Source: Haliotis cracherodii
Lineage: Eukaryota
Length of the DNA: 64,000 nt
Reading direction: 5' to 3'
Assembly: GCF_022045235.1 (NCBI RefSeq)
Contig: NW_027266275.1
Location: 16,182,001-16,246,000 of the forward strand
Shown here: positions 62,639 through 64,000 of the stretch, one piece after another
Numbering within the stretch: position 1 is the stretch's first letter
Layout: the number at the start of each line of letters is the position of its first letter
The notes under the pieces: model-generated
Databases searched by the model: none
Told to the model about the DNA's origin: nothing
What the model saw: only the letters and a program-made list of their open reading frames with translations
Program-made: the position numbers and the translations under genes

Positions 62639-64000
62639 CTGCAAACGGAAGTCAACAACATCAGAATCATGGATGTCTTTTCTATTCAAACCAAATGCCA
62701 TTTATCTCCAAGGTTAGATATGAATGATAGTCATAACTTAGTGATAACCTGGAAAGATCATCTTATTTGTTTCCCTTACTTGTGTTTTAGTTGTTGTTAA
62801 TGTTGGATAAAGCTGTACTTAGAAATATTCCAGCAATATGATGGTGGCCTATGTATAAATAAGTCAGGACCAGACAATCCAGTGATGATATCATGAGCAA
62901 CAATCCACGCTGTCAGGGTACGATGACAAGGAATCAACCAAATATCAATAAACAGTCGGTGCAATCTAATGAATGGGTTATGCCAACTGTGATACATATT
63001 TCCATAGTCAAAAGTAACAGAAGCCAAAGACATCTACAATATTGGTGAAGACAACTTGCAGATCCTGATAAGGCAAAGGGGAACAACCCTTCACAGCCAC
63101 TTGCATTGTCTACAACCACTGGCCCACTCCCCTGAATCCTTTGATAATAAAAACATATTTGGTTGACAAATATACTGGTACATCAAATAATGAACAGAGA
63201 GAACCTGCATCACAGACTGGATAATGATATAACACTATATAACCTGTGGAAAATCAACCCAACATCATAGGATTGTCACCCCTCTATCAACAGACAGTAC
63301 TTATTGACTGAGAGAACAACCCATATACAGTAAACATGGTGCACTACGGTTATAACAAACTCAAAGCGACCACTAATTTTAGTTTGTTATAACCATAATT
63401 CATTATAAGCACATATACAGCAAATGGCCGGGATGAAATAAAACAGTTTGTTATATCTCTCTGTTCGTTATAAAAATAGTTTACTGTTCTTGCATGCCAA
63501 ACTCTTTAACCAAGTGAGTGAGTGAGTGAGTGAGTGAGTGAGTGAGTGAGTTTGATTTTATGCCGCTTATAGCAATATTCCAGGTTGGTTTTGTTGTGGG
63601 GTATATACTTTCTCAATCACCTGTTGAGTTCAACAGGAGTAAGCATATATTCCGAAACGTGTTTCTCACGATAAAGAAGTTGACATTCAGAAATTCTCTC
63701 TCTCATATGTATCACTACTGAATGTAATTCAAACCAGTTAAACCACTAAACTGACACGCAATGATGTTACAACAGCTTATTGTTGTCAGTGGCCAAGATT
63801 AATCCTCGGTGTATCCTAAATCATTTCAAACAGTTCTGTCAAGCAGATCCTTGATGCAGTCATTGATTGCACCACGACAGAAAAACATGCAGTCCCAGCT
63901 GCACTGCACTGTTCGTCAACAGTTCAAATTCAGTCCAAGGTCACCTCGTCCCATGCACGCTGTACTATATGCAACCCAAACTAACACAGAGCTGTCGAAC

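Overview
Eukaryotic, intron-rich, AT-rich animal DNA. The repeat families and gene content suggest a gastropod mollusc, possibly abalone (Haliotis-like); this is an inference. Left to right, the window holds: a disabled PBLD/PhzF-like paralog (115-3571, -); an intact 9-exon PBLD gene (4619-11936, -, 299 aa, reconstructed exon by exon); a ZBED1/DREF-like domesticated hAT transposase with a single coding exon (19278-21257, +); three intronless clan-2 cytochrome P450 genes, one with atypical catalytic motifs; and exons 2-9 of CCDC6 (43269-62638, -; exon 1 lies beyond the window). The most striking pattern is in CCDC6. Four different exon/intron donor junctions have each been amplified into their own tandem array (67, 44, 41 and 79 bp units, each made of the exon 3' end plus the GT donor). 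A fifth array (28+26 bp) amplifies the branch-point region in front of another exon. The gene therefore carries roughly 90 extra copies of its own donor junctions, many with the GT intact. Four SINE-like families sharing a 3' module and several MITE families fill the non-coding space.
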